64,000 nucleotides of DNA. Origin: an uncultured Ignavibacteria bacterium (lineage in GTDB: Bacteria > Zixibacteria > MSB-5A5 > WJJR01). The notes beneath the pieces are model-generated. The model was not told the DNA's origin. It ran no database searches and worked only from the letters and a program-made list of their open reading frames with translations. The first letter of the stretch is position 1; every line of letters begins with the position of its first letter. The stretch lies in contig CAZQIZ010000003.1 of assembly GCA_964593585.1 (NCBI GenBank), positions 299-64,298 of the forward strand. Direction: 5' to 3'. The position numbers were made by a program, and so were the translations under genes. This document shows, piece by piece, positions 51,891-62,300 of this stretch.

Positions 51891-52439
51891 TTAACGCCGC
51901 GAAGTCTTCCGTGACTTCCCCCGGCGCTTACCGTGTCCGTTGCCATTGCCGTTTTTCTTTTTGCGCGGCGGCTTCAGGAGCGTGCCGCGGCAGATGCGCG
52001 CGCCGCATTTGCACGCGTACCGCTCACGCCACTGCTTGCCGTAGGGACCATCGCACTCCAGATGGTAGTCGTAGGTGAGCTCCGCCCCCGGCTGGATGTT
52101 CTTCAACGCCTCCACAAAGATGCGCCCATCCTCATTGACCGACTCGCAGTTGGGATCGCAGGAGTGATTAATGTACTTGGCGCGGTTGCCCCAGCGGGTG
52201 GCGTCGATGACCACCTTTTCGTCGACCGTGAACAGATAGGTCTTGGGGTTATCCATCGCATCTTCGTCGTAGCGCTCCTCCGCCTCTTCGTGCGAGATGC
52301 GCTGGCCGATGTACTCGATGATGCGCTGTCCCTTGCGGATGCGGCGGGTGGCGTAGGCGCCCCAGCCATGGATGCGCGACTTGCGGATGACAAAGGGGGG
52401 ATCGCTGGGCTTGTTGCCGTTTCGATGTCCGTTCTGCAT
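51891..52439 (-). CDS. bacterial SET-domain protein (lysine methyltransferase fold) with post-SET Cys cluster and basic C-terminal tail
   Basis: Start MQNGHRNG at ATG 52439 (GGAGAC 9 nt upstream). SET motifs GWGAYA, NHSCDPN and ELTYDY. Post-SET CKCGARIC. Tail KPPRKKKNGNGNGHGKRRGKSRKTSRR. Confidence 0.8.
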   Translation of the reverse strand: MQNGHRNGNKPSDPPFVIRKSRIHGWGAYATRRIRKGQRIIEYIGQRISHEEAEERYDEDAMDNPKTYLFTVDEKVVIDATRWGNRAKYINHSCDPNCESVNEDGRIFVEALKNIQPGAELTYDYHLECDGPYGKQWRERYACKCGARICRGTLLKPPRKKKNGNGNGHGKRRGKSRKTSRR

Positions 52440-52682
52440 GTCAGTCTCGGTCTCCTGCCAAACGGCGTTCGGGAATACGTCAGCCGGGATTCGGATCGTT
52501 GCCCTACCTGGCATCAAATTGCGCATCCTGCTGCATGCGCCATGGGGACACAGTCGCGACCACGTCGTCATCACGTTACACATCAACGAGTTACGGGCAG
52601 TCCGCGACGCACGGGTCCCCATTTAAGCAGGGGTGGTGCCATACCGGTAACTTCTGTCGATGGCAACTCGAACAGGCGCGAC

Positions 52683-53684
52683 TTATTTCAATTCGGCGAT
52701 GATCGCATCGGCAAACTGGGCGGTTGTGGCCTTCCCGCCCAGATCGGGCGTCCGCACCCGACCCGCCTTCATAACCGCGAAGGCGCTGTCCTTGATCCGA
52801 TCGGCGATATCGTCGCGGTTGAGGTGGCGCAGCATCATGATCGCGGAGAACAGCACAGCCAGCGGATTGGCAATCCCCTTGCCGGCGATGTCCGGCGCCG
52901 ATCCGTGCACGGCCTCAAAGACCGCGTACTGATCGCCGTAGTTGGCGCCGGGGACCACACCCAGGCCGCCGACCAGCCCCGCGGCCAGGTCCGACACGAT
53001 GTCGCCATAGAGGTTTGAAAGCAGCAGCACGTCGAAACGATGCGGGTCCATTACCAGCTTCATGCAGAGGGCGTCGACGATCTGATCCTCGAACTCGATA
53101 TCGGGATACTCCGCGGCGACCTTGCGTGCCGACTCGAGGAACAGCCCGTCGGTCAGTTTCATGATGTTGGCCTTGTGCACGGCGGTCACTTTGCGACGAT
53201 GGCGGCGGCGCGCATACTCAAAGGCAAACCGCGCGATCCGTTCCGAGGCCAGCGAGGTGATGATCTTGATCGAGGCGGTCACCCCCGGCACGACCACATG
53301 CTCGATGCCGGCGTACAAGTCCTCGGTGTTCTCACGGACGATGATCAGGTCGATGTTCTCGTAACGCGACGGTATCCCGGCGAGATTGCGCACCGGCCGT
53401 AGATTGGCGTAGAGGTCCAGCTCCTTGCGCAACGTGACATTGGCCGAGGCGAACCCCTTGCCGACCAGTGTGGTCAATGGCCCTTTGAGCGCGGTCTTGT
53501 TCCGCCGGATCGATTCCAGCAGGGTGTCGGGCACCGCCTTGTTGTGCTCGGCGAATACCTTCATCCCCGCCTCCTGGATCTCCCATTCTATATTGGCGCC
53601 GGCCGCGTCGATGATGCGCACCGCGGCTTCGGTGATCTCCGGTCCAATGCCGTCCCCTGGTATCAATGTCACACGTGTCGTCAT
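52683..53684 (-). CDS. isocitrate/homoisocitrate dehydrogenase family (NAD-IDH-like, 333 aa)
   Basis: ORF 52683..53684. Signatures PGDGIGPE, VRENTEDLYAG and NLYGDIVSDLAAGLVGGLG. Confidence 0.85.
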   Translation of the reverse strand: MTTRVTLIPGDGIGPEITEAAVRIIDAAGANIEWEIQEAGMKVFAEHNKAVPDTLLESIRRNKTALKGPLTTLVGKGFASANVTLRKELDLYANLRPVRNLAGIPSRYENIDLIIVRENTEDLYAGIEHVVVPGVTASIKIITSLASERIARFAFEYARRRHRRKVTAVHKANIMKLTDGLFLESARKVAAEYPDIEFEDQIVDALCMKLVMDPHRFDVLLLSNLYGDIVSDLAAGLVGGLGVVPGANYGDQYAVFEAVHGSAPDIAGKGIANPLAVLFSAIMMLRHLNRDDIADRIKDSAFAVMKAGRVRTPDLGGKATTAQFADAIIAELK

Positions 53685-53775
53685 TCCGTCCCTTCTTCCC
53701 GCTTTGACATCCTCATCAAACTCTGGTTAACTTGTCCTGCCCCCGCTCGTCCCGGGGCGGACACGGGGTGAAATA

Positions 53776-54438
53776 ATGGAGTTTCTGACTGGAATCCTTG
53801 ACATTTTCCTGCACCTCGACCGCCATCTCAACGAGATCATCGCGCTCTACGGCACCTGGACCTATGTGATCTTGTTTCTGATTATCTTCGCCGAGACCGG
53901 GTTGGTGGTGACCCCGTTTCTGCCCGGCGATTCGCTGTTGTTCGCCGCCGGCGCGCTGGCGGCGACCGGTCCGCTGGACCCCATCCCGCTGACGCTGCTT
54001 TTGACGCTGGCGGCGGTGCTGGGGGATTCGGCGAATTACGCCATCGGCAACTACATCGGCCCGCGCGCCTTCCACAATCCCAAGTCGCGCATCTTCCGCA
54101 AGGAATACCTCGATCGCACCCACCGCTTTTACGAGAAGTACGGCGGCCGCACCATTATCATCGCCCGCTTTGTCCCGATCGTGCGCACCTTTGCCCCCTT
54201 CGTGGCCGGCGTGGGCACGATGAGTTATCCGCGGTTCATGAGTTTCAACGTGATCGGCGGGATTGCCTGGGTGGTCATCTTCATCTGGGCGGGCTACTGG
54301 TTCGGCAACATTTCCGCGGTGAAGCGCAACTTCGGCTTCGTCGTCATCGCCATCATCATCCTGTCGGTGGTTCCAATCGCCGTCGAGTGGGTCAAGCACC
54401 GGCGCGAACAGAAAAAAGGCGCGCTCCCGTCACCTTGA
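53776..54438 (+). CDS. dedA: DedA/SNARE-associated family membrane protein
   Basis: ORF 53776..54438. Conserved DedA segments FAETGLVVTPFLPGDSLL and ARFVPIVRTFAPFVAG. Confidence 0.88.
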   Translation: MEFLTGILDIFLHLDRHLNEIIALYGTWTYVILFLIIFAETGLVVTPFLPGDSLLFAAGALAATGPLDPIPLTLLLTLAAVLGDSANYAIGNYIGPRAFHNPKSRIFRKEYLDRTHRFYEKYGGRTIIIARFVPIVRTFAPFVAGVGTMSYPRFMSFNVIGGIAWVVIFIWAGYWFGNISAVKRNFGFVVIAIIILSVVPIAVEWVKHRREQKKGALPSP

Positions 54439-54471
54439 GCGCGCCTTCGACAGCGATACGCTGTCCCCAAT

Positions 54472-54840
54472 TCAGCGGACAAAGAATCGATCGAGGATGT
54501 TCTTGATGTCGTTCATGCGGAACGGCTTCATCAGGAAGCCGTCGGCCTTGCCCGCCGGGCCCTGATTCTCGGCCTCGGTCAGGTTGAAACCGCTGATTAA
54601 GACCACCGGCAGTTTCGGATGCTTGTCCTTCAGCGCGGCGATCAGCTCGGTGCCGTTCATCTTCGGCATCCGCATGTCGGTGATCACCAGCCCGATATTC
54701 TCCTGCTCCAGCTTGCGGAGCGCGTCCTCGCCATCGGTGGCACGGACGCTGTCCACGGCGAAGACCTCCAGCATGTCGGCCAGCAGGCTCGACATGTTGG
54801 GATTGTCCTCGACGACCAGGATTTTGCGCACAGACGACAT
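54472..54840 (-). CDS. single-domain response regulator (CheY-like receiver)
   Basis: Start MSSVRKILVVEDN at ATG 54840. Asp pocket VVED and phosphoacceptor LVITDMRMP. Conserved Lys (LMKP). Confidence 0.85.
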   Translation of the reverse strand: MSSVRKILVVEDNPNMSSLLADMLEVFAVDSVRATDGEDALRKLEQENIGLVITDMRMPKMNGTELIAALKDKHPKLPVVLISGFNLTEAENQGPAGKADGFLMKPFRMNDIKNILDRFFVR

Positions 54841-54940
54841 CCTACACTTCTTGTCGTCTGCCCGCGTGGGTTTCTCCACCCCGGTTTAGGGAGTTTCTGA
54901 CAGGGAGTGGCGGTATGGGACAAATCCCATACCGGCCGGG

Positions 54941-56116
54941 TCATTGCGGGGCGGAATTGTCCCAGCGGACGCGGGCGCGGGCGGTGCGGGACCGGGGACG
55001 GACCGGCATATCGGGCCGGCGGTCGGCGGCCCCGACGATCACATCGATCAACCGCTCAACCCCGGTGCCGGTGGCCGCAGAGATGGCCACCACGTCGCCC
55101 GAGGGACGCTCATGGGAAAACGGCGCCACCGGGCCGCCGTTGAGGCGGTCGATCTTGTTGAGCACATAGATGCGCGGCACCTGCTCCGCCTTGATCTCGC
55201 GCAGCGAAGTCTCGACCTCATCGAGCGCGTGCTCGTAATAGGGGTCGGAGTAATCCACCACGATCAGGATCAGGTCGGCCGCCGCCACTTCGTTGAGGGT
55301 GGCGCGAAAGGCGGCAAACAGGAGCGCCGGCAGTTTGCGGATAAAGCCGATCGTGTCGGTCAAAAGGACCCGTCGCCGCCCGCCGTAGGCGAGGATCCGG
55401 GTGGTGGGGTCCAGCGTGCAGAACAGTCGATCCTCAGCCCAGACTTTCGCCCGGGTCAGACGGTTGAAGAGCGTCGACTTGCCGGCGTTGGTGTACCCGA
55501 CCAGCACGACCCGGAAGAGATCCTCCCGTCCGCGCCGCTGCACCTCCCGCTCCGAATCGATGCTCTCCAGTTGTTTCTTCAGTTTCTGGATGCGCCGCCC
55601 GACCAGCCGTCGGTCGGTCTCCAACTGTGTTTCGCCGGGCCCGCGGGTGCCGATGCCGCCCTCATGACGGGTCATGTGCGTCCACTGGCCGGTCAGCCGC
55701 GGGTAGAGGTACTGGTATTGGGCCAGTTCGACCTGGGTGCGCGCCTCCTTGGTGTGGGCGTGCCGGGCGAAGATGGACAGGATCAGCGTTGGACGGTCGA
55801 TGACATGGCGGTTGAGCCGCGCGTCGAGATTGCGCATTTGCGCCGGTGAGAGTTCGTCGTCGAAGACGATGAGATTGGCGTTCTGTTCGATCGCCAGACT
55901 CTCGATTTCCTCGAGTTTGCCGGTGCCGACCAAGTGGGCGGCATGGGGACGACCGCGCTGGGTGACCCGTCCGACTTCGATCCCGCCGGCCGATTCCAGC
56001 AGCCGCGAGAGTTCATCCAGCGATTCGGTCATCTGTTCGACCGTCACCGACACACGGCCGAAGCCGACTAGAATGGCGCGTTCCTGTCCGAAGGGGCGAT
56101 TGAAGATGGCGTTCAT
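54941..56116 (-). CDS. hflX: GTPase HflX
   Basis: ORF 54941..56116. HflX N-domain, G1 GYTNAGKST, G3 DTIGF, G4 NKID. Confidence 0.93.
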   Translation of the reverse strand: MNAIFNRPFGQERAILVGFGRVSVTVEQMTESLDELSRLLESAGGIEVGRVTQRGRPHAAHLVGTGKLEEIESLAIEQNANLIVFDDELSPAQMRNLDARLNRHVIDRPTLILSIFARHAHTKEARTQVELAQYQYLYPRLTGQWTHMTRHEGGIGTRGPGETQLETDRRLVGRRIQKLKKQLESIDSEREVQRRGREDLFRVVLVGYTNAGKSTLFNRLTRAKVWAEDRLFCTLDPTTRILAYGGRRRVLLTDTIGFIRKLPALLFAAFRATLNEVAAADLILIVVDYSDPYYEHALDEVETSLREIKAEQVPRIYVLNKIDRLNGGPVAPFSHERPSGDVVAISAATGTGVERLIDVIVGAADRRPDMPVRPRSRTARARVRWDNSAPQ

Positions 56117-56155
56117 TCAATATCGGCGGAGGGAGGCTGCCCCGGCCATCCCGGA

Positions 56156-57487
56156 TTACCGCTTCTCCATGTCCACGGTGACCGAGCCGGCCAGCGGCCG
56201 GACTTCGACGTAGGTATCCTCGCGGATCTCAGCCAGCCAGTCGCTGACCACCTTGTTGGTCTTGTCCTGCCGGGCGATGTCCTTGATCCGGTCCCAATCG
56301 GCAGCGATATCAAGTGTGCGCTGCTCGCGCCGCTCCAACACCCGCAGGATGTGCCAGCCGAATCGGGTCTTGACTGGACCGATGATGTCGCCCGGCTGCG
56401 AATTCTCAAGGGCCGTCCGGAACTCGGGGAACATCTCCTCGATCGGGTACCAGCCCAATTCGCCGCAGTTCTTGCGTGATTCCTCATCGGTGGAATAGGT
56501 CTGCGCCAGCGCGCAGAACTGGGCGCTGGCGCGCGCCGCCAGCGCGATCGAGTCGGCGCGCGCGAGGACTGCCGCGGTGTCGGCGGCGGTCGGCGCCAAC
56601 CCGAGGAAGATGTGACGCACATGGACCCGGTCGCGCTCCTTTTCCAGGCACTGGATCAGGTGCAGCCCGATGTCGGTGCGGACCACGCCCGAGATCTGCC
56701 CGGGAGTCAGTTGGAATGCCGCATCCTCAAACGCGCCGACCAGATCTCCCTTGGCAAGCCAGCCCAGATCGCCGCCGGTGGGCGCGGTCGGGTCTTCCGA
56801 GTACTTGCGCGCCGCTTCCGCGAAGTCCAGGCCGCCCTGAATCTCGCCGAGGATTGCCGTCAGCCGCGACCGGACCGCCTCCTGCGAAGCGGGAGTCACC
56901 TCGACGGTCAGCAAAATGTGCGACAGCTTGATCGCCGCCGGTTGCGCCGGCAGCGAATCGCGAAACTTGTTGTAGAACTCGCGCACTTCGCCGTTGGAGA
57001 CATTGACCTCGGCCAGTTTGCGCTGGATCAATCGCTGCTTGAGCAACTGGTTTTCGACATCCCGTCGGAACCGTACCCGCAGGTCCCGCTCCGAGAGCCC
57101 CTCGCGCACCAACGCGGCGCGGAATTCCTCCTCGGTGTTGAACCGGCGGCGCATGTCGGCAATGTGATCTTCCAGCGCGGCGTCGATCTCGCGCGCCTCG
57201 ATGCGCATGGTCGTATCTTTCTCCGCCACCAGCAGGATCAGCTGATCATTGATCATCTGTTCCAGCATCATCCGGCCGATGGTGTCGCGGACACCCGGGT
57301 CGGCAAGGTCGCGCTTGGCCTGCATGGCGTAGAGCGTGGTCTGCGCCTCCCACTCCGACCGCAGGATGACGCGATCGCCGACGATGGCGATCGGCTCTTC
57401 CAACACTTCCCGCTGCGCCAACGCGGTCGACCAGGCGCCAGCCGCGATAACCAGCGCCAAACACAGAATGCCAATTGGTTTGCTCAC
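56156..57487 (-). CDS. SurA-like periplasmic chaperone/peptidyl-prolyl isomerase (two parvulin domains)
   Basis: ORF 56156..57487. Signal peptide, then two PpiC-type segments (GGDLGW...GLHLI and CGELGWYP...GWHIL). Confidence 0.8.
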   Translation of the reverse strand: MSKPIGILCLALVIAAGAWSTALAQREVLEEPIAIVGDRVILRSEWEAQTTLYAMQAKRDLADPGVRDTIGRMMLEQMINDQLILLVAEKDTTMRIEAREIDAALEDHIADMRRRFNTEEEFRAALVREGLSERDLRVRFRRDVENQLLKQRLIQRKLAEVNVSNGEVREFYNKFRDSLPAQPAAIKLSHILLTVEVTPASQEAVRSRLTAILGEIQGGLDFAEAARKYSEDPTAPTGGDLGWLAKGDLVGAFEDAAFQLTPGQISGVVRTDIGLHLIQCLEKERDRVHVRHIFLGLAPTAADTAAVLARADSIALAARASAQFCALAQTYSTDEESRKNCGELGWYPIEEMFPEFRTALENSQPGDIIGPVKTRFGWHILRVLERREQRTLDIAADWDRIKDIARQDKTNKVVSDWLAEIREDTYVEVRPLAGSVTVDMEKR

Positions 57488-57533
57488 GCCAATGTCCCCC
57501 GGATTCTGATACGCCGAGCCGCGGTCGACCGCC

Positions 57534-59282
57534 TCAACGGGCGCTCCCGGTGTCGATGTCGCCGCTGGGGCCGGTCAGGCCGCTTTTGAGCACATCCTGA
57601 TTGACGCTGACCGGATAGACGGTCCGCATCGAGTCGACATAGGCGACAAAGACCGAATCGCGCCGCATGCGCTGGATCGTCTCGAAAATGTCGGTGGCCG
57701 CCTCCTCATAGGGACGCAGCCGCGCGGGTCGTGTCTCAACCAACTGGATCAGCGAGTACTGATCGACACCCGCCAACGGTCCCGTCCACTCTCCCGGCTT
57801 CAACTTCGAGGCCGGTTCATAAAAATCCGGCCACGCGGTCGGCGTCACCCAGCCGATGTCCCCGCCGTTGCTTTTCATGCCGGGACGCTGAGTGTGCAGA
57901 CGAGCCAGCTCCTCAAAGTTGGCGCCGGCGCGCAGTTGTCCGGCAAGACGCTCGGCGTCCTCCGACTTGTACGTCAGAATCTCACGGCAATGGTAGCTGA
58001 CCGGATCGGTGAACGAATCCGGATGCGCGTCGTAGTAGGCCCGCACTTCCGATTCGGTCACCGAGATGCCGCGCACCAGCACCGAATTGCGCATCCGGTC
58101 GGCAATGAGATTCTCCAGGAACGACTGCACCCGCTCTTTGTAGATCGGCGACTCATCCAGGCGCTGTTTGAGCGCCTCCTCATGCAGAATGTCGAACAGC
58201 GACAATTGGAACGCGAAGCGCCGCAGTTGATTCTCGTCGTCGGGGCTGGGCCGCTCGAACGGGGAACGCGCCTCGAGCGCCTCGCAGAATTCGCCCAGAC
58301 CGACCTTGTAGTCGGAGCCAAAGGTGTAGATCACACGGTCCTTTTCGGCCTGCGTGAGCGTGGCGACCGGGACCGCGGGCAGACGGTCGGTGGGCAGGGA
58401 GCTGGTATCGGCCACCTGCCGGTACTTCTCCCGCCAGAACGCCAGCGTCTCCGGATCAAAGCGGATGTTCGACCGCTGCTCCAGTTCCTCGAGTTGCGCG
58501 TTGCGTCGCTCCTGCTGCAGGCGGCGGCGCAAGCCGGCTTCGATGGCGGGCCGTTCGGTGTCGTACCCGCGTGATTCCAACTTGCGGATGTTGGTCACCT
58601 TGATGATGTGCCAGCCCATGTCGCTTTTTGCCGGGCCGCCCACCTGGTCCTGCGCCAACGTGAAAACCAGATTGGCCAGATCGGCCGGCAACTCGCTGTA
58701 GCTGAACTCGCGTCCGGGATCGCCGCCACGGAACCGCGAAGCGGGGTCGATGGAAAAACGCTCGGCCAGGTCGCCAAAATCGGCGCCGGTCTGCAACAGT
58801 CCCAGAAGCGAGTCGGCGCGATCGCGGTCCTTGACCACAATGTGACGGAAGCGCACCCGGTCGAACCAGTGCTCGTAGATCGCCTTGACCTCCGCCTCCT
58901 CGACGTTGATTTTGTCGAGCACTTCCACGCGGTACAGCTCATCGAGCAGAAATTTCTCTTTTTCGGCGTCGACCGCCTCCAGAATGCCGATGTCGGCATC
59001 CAAGGTGCGCGCATACCCGCCGATGACCAGCAGCTTGTTCTCTATCAGGCGGTCCAGGTACCGAACCCGGGCGGCGTACTCCTCCGAGGCGCTCTGGAAG
59101 TTGAGCGAGAGCGCGGTGATGTAATCGGTCACTTCGCGCATCTTGATCTTCCGGCCGCCGACTTCGGCCACGATCGCCTCGTTGGTGGTCGTCTTGTTCC
59201 CGCAGGCCGCCAACGTGGCCAAAAGGGCCAGAAGCGACGCGGCATAGACCGCCGCCAACAGACGTTTGAATCCAACAGTCAT
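57534..59282 (-). CDS. parvulin-type peptidyl-prolyl isomerase lipoprotein (PpiD/PrsA-like)
   Basis: ORF 57534..59282. Lipobox LAACG. PpiC motifs (GDPGREF...MGWHIIKV and GGDIGWV). Confidence 0.75.
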   Translation of the reverse strand: MTVGFKRLLAAVYAASLLALLATLAACGNKTTTNEAIVAEVGGRKIKMREVTDYITALSLNFQSASEEYAARVRYLDRLIENKLLVIGGYARTLDADIGILEAVDAEKEKFLLDELYRVEVLDKINVEEAEVKAIYEHWFDRVRFRHIVVKDRDRADSLLGLLQTGADFGDLAERFSIDPASRFRGGDPGREFSYSELPADLANLVFTLAQDQVGGPAKSDMGWHIIKVTNIRKLESRGYDTERPAIEAGLRRRLQQERRNAQLEELEQRSNIRFDPETLAFWREKYRQVADTSSLPTDRLPAVPVATLTQAEKDRVIYTFGSDYKVGLGEFCEALEARSPFERPSPDDENQLRRFAFQLSLFDILHEEALKQRLDESPIYKERVQSFLENLIADRMRNSVLVRGISVTESEVRAYYDAHPDSFTDPVSYHCREILTYKSEDAERLAGQLRAGANFEELARLHTQRPGMKSNGGDIGWVTPTAWPDFYEPASKLKPGEWTGPLAGVDQYSLIQLVETRPARLRPYEEAATDIFETIQRMRRDSVFVAYVDSMRTVYPVSVNQDVLKSGLTGPSGDIDTGSAR

Positions 59283-59327
59283 GAGATCTCCTCAATGCCG
59301 GGCGTTGCCACGCACAAGCCACTCAAT

Positions 59328-62300
59328 TTAACCAATTGCGCCGCCCGTTCCAACAGCCCCCTGCGCCCCGGGACCGCCGTCGATCACTCCCGAATCGGGC
59401 TCGCCCGCCAGAATCCCCACAATCCGGACCAGCCCGGCCAGGTCGGCCGACTGGCCCATGGGCGGACGGACGGTAATCGCAAACGGCGGACCGCTGACAA
59501 AACTGGCACGGTCCCCCAGCGCGACCCGCCAGGGCTCAATCTGCGCGCGGGTAATCTGCGCCTCGGGCGCAAAGGTCACCGCCCAGAGATTCCCGCGGGC
59601 CGATGCCTGCGTCACCCGCGCGCGACGGGCCAGCACACGGACACGCGCCATCGCCAACAGGCGGCGCACCTCCGCGGGAGGGGCGCCGAAGCGGTCGGTC
59701 AACTCCAACGCCAGATCTTCGACCGCCTCCGGCGCGTTCATTTCGGCCAACCGCTTGTACATCTCAAACCGCTGCTGGTTGTCGGTGATGTAATCGTCGG
59801 GGATGAACCGGTCGCCATCCACGTCAATCTGGACCGGCGCCTGCGCCAGCATCGGCGCGCTGCCGCGCGCTTCGGCCACCGCCTCGTCCAGCAAACGACA
59901 GTAGAGATCAAACCCGATCTCCTCGATGAACCCATGCTGCTGCGCCCCGAGCAGGTTGCCGGCGCCGCGGATCTCCATGTCGCGCATCGCCAGGTGAAAG
60001 CCCGAACCCAGCGCAGTGTGCTCCTCGATCGCGCGCAACCGCGCCTTGGCGGTCGTGCTCAGCGCGCCCGATGGCGGCACCAGCAGGTACGCGTAGGCCT
60101 GTCGCGCCGAACGCCCCACCCGCCCGCGCAGTTGATACAACTGCGCCAGCCCGAAACGGTCGGCGCGGTGAATCACGATCGTATTGACCGACGGGATGTC
60201 CAGCCCCGACTCGATGATCGCCGTCGAGAGCAGCACGTGGTATTCGCCGTGGTAGAAGCGCGTCATCACCGCTTCCAACTCGCGTTCGGGCATTTCGCCG
60301 TGCGCGACGCCGATTCTGACCGTCGGCAGAAGCCGGGTGAGGAAATCGGCCATCGTTCCGATCGTCTGGATGCGATTGTGCACAAAGTAGACCTGTCCGC
60401 CGCGGTCCAGTTCGCGCAGAATCGCCTCGGAGACCACCTCCGGCCCGAAGGGGCGGATCTCAGTTTGCACCGGCAGGCGGTCGCGCGGCGAGGTGGTAAT
60501 CAACGAGAGATCGCGCGCCCCGAGAAGCGACATCTGCAAAGTGCGCGGAATCGGCGTCGCCGACAGCGCCAGCGTGTCCACCGTCTGGCGCATCTGCCGC
60601 AGACGCTCCTTGTGCGCCACCCCGAAACGCTGTTCCTCGTCGACGATCAGGAGCCCGAGGTCGTGGAAAACGACATCCTTCTGCAACAGGCGATGTGTAC
60701 CGATGATGATGTCGACTTTCCCGGCCGCCACCTCGGCGACGATCCGCTTCTGTTCCTTGGGCGAGCGGAAGCGCGACAACGTTTCGATCCGTACCGGGAA
60801 TTCGGAGAGACGTTCGCGGAAGGTGGTTAGGTGCTGTTGCGCGAGGATGGTGGTGGGCACCAGCACTGCGACCTGCTTGTGATCGCAGACGGCGCGGAAG
60901 GCGGCGCGGATGGCCACCTCGGTTTTGCCGTAGCCCACATCGCCGCAAATCAGACGCTCCATCGGCGTCGGCGCCGTCATGTCCTCGGACACCGCCGCGA
61001 TCGCCTTCTCCTGGTCGGGCGTCTCCTCATAGATGAACGAGGACTCCAGCTGCGTCATCCACTCGCCATGCTCCGCAAAAGCGTGTCCGGGCTGCGCCTT
61101 GCGGGCGGCGTAAAGCTTGATCAAGTCCTCGGCCATTGCCAGAAGCGCCTGCTTGGCGCGCCGCTTCGTCTTCTCCCAGGCGGTGCCGCCCAATTTCGAA
61201 AGCGCCGGCCGGGCATCCTGCCCGGAGTACTTCTGGACCCGGTCGAATTCCTCGATCGGGACAAAGAGCTTGTCGTCGCCCTGATATAAAAGCAGCAGGC
61301 AATCGCGCCGGCGCCCATCGACAGTGATCGCTTCCAGACCGCGGAAACGCGCCACGCCGTGGTCGACGTGCACGACGTAATCGCCCTTTTTCAGCTGCGT
61401 GTAGCTGGAAAGCGCAAGCCCTTCCTGGAACTTGCGGCGTCGGAAACGCGCCTTGTGCCGGTTGAAGACCTCGTGCTCGGTCAGCAGGGCAAACCGCGCA
61501 TCGGGCAGGACAAAGCCGGCGTGCAAAGCCGGAAAGATGTATTCGACGGTGCCGTGAACATCCTCCAGCATCTCGGCCAGACGCCGCTTCAGTCCCTCGT
61601 TGTCGCAGGCGATAGCGACATCGTATCCCTGCTGCTCGAAGGCGGTCAATTCCTCGGAGAGCCGCCGCACACTGGCGCCGACCGACGGCGGACCGACCGC
61701 CGCCAAGTCGCAACGCACACCTCGCGCGGTCGCCTCGACAAAGAGATCATAGACCCAGACATGCAGCCCGCCGACGGGGGGCTCGTGCCAGCGCTCGACG
61801 GGCAGGTAGACCTGCGTCGGCGGCGGCGGATCGGGAAGATGAGACGCCAGGCGCGCATGGAACCGTTGCGACTCCTCCTCAAAACGGTCGGCCGCGTGCC
61901 GCAGTCGGGTCGGATCATGCGTCCAAATCACCAGATCCTGACCGAAGTAGTCGAGCAGGCTGCCGCGGCGTTGCCCCAGCGAGCCGGCCAGCCACTCGAG
62001 GCCGGGGCGCTCGGGATCGTTCTCGACACGATCACGCCACGCGGCATCCCAACCGGCCCGGTCCCACCCCTTCTCATACTCCGGCCCGCTGGCCCGCACT
62101 TCCCGCGACGGAAGGATCACGCAGTGATCGCGCTTGGCGGTGGTCCGCTGGGTGGTGACAGCAAAGGTGCGGATCGATTCGACGGTGTCGCCGAAGAACT
62201 CAATGCGCAACGGCTCGGACGAACTGTAGGTGAACAGATCCAGGATTCCGCCGCGCACTGAAAACGTGCCGACTTCCTCGACCAGCGGTACCCGCCGAAA

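Noticed and set aside
54447-54463. GACAGCG-ATA-CGCTGTC hairpin between convergent dedA and response-regulator genes
   Set aside because: Perfect 7-bp stem but no flanking T-tract on either strand. Too weak to call a terminator.
58608-62261. plus ORFs 58608..60830 and 61359..62261
   Set aside because: Antisense to the PPIase and mfd genes.
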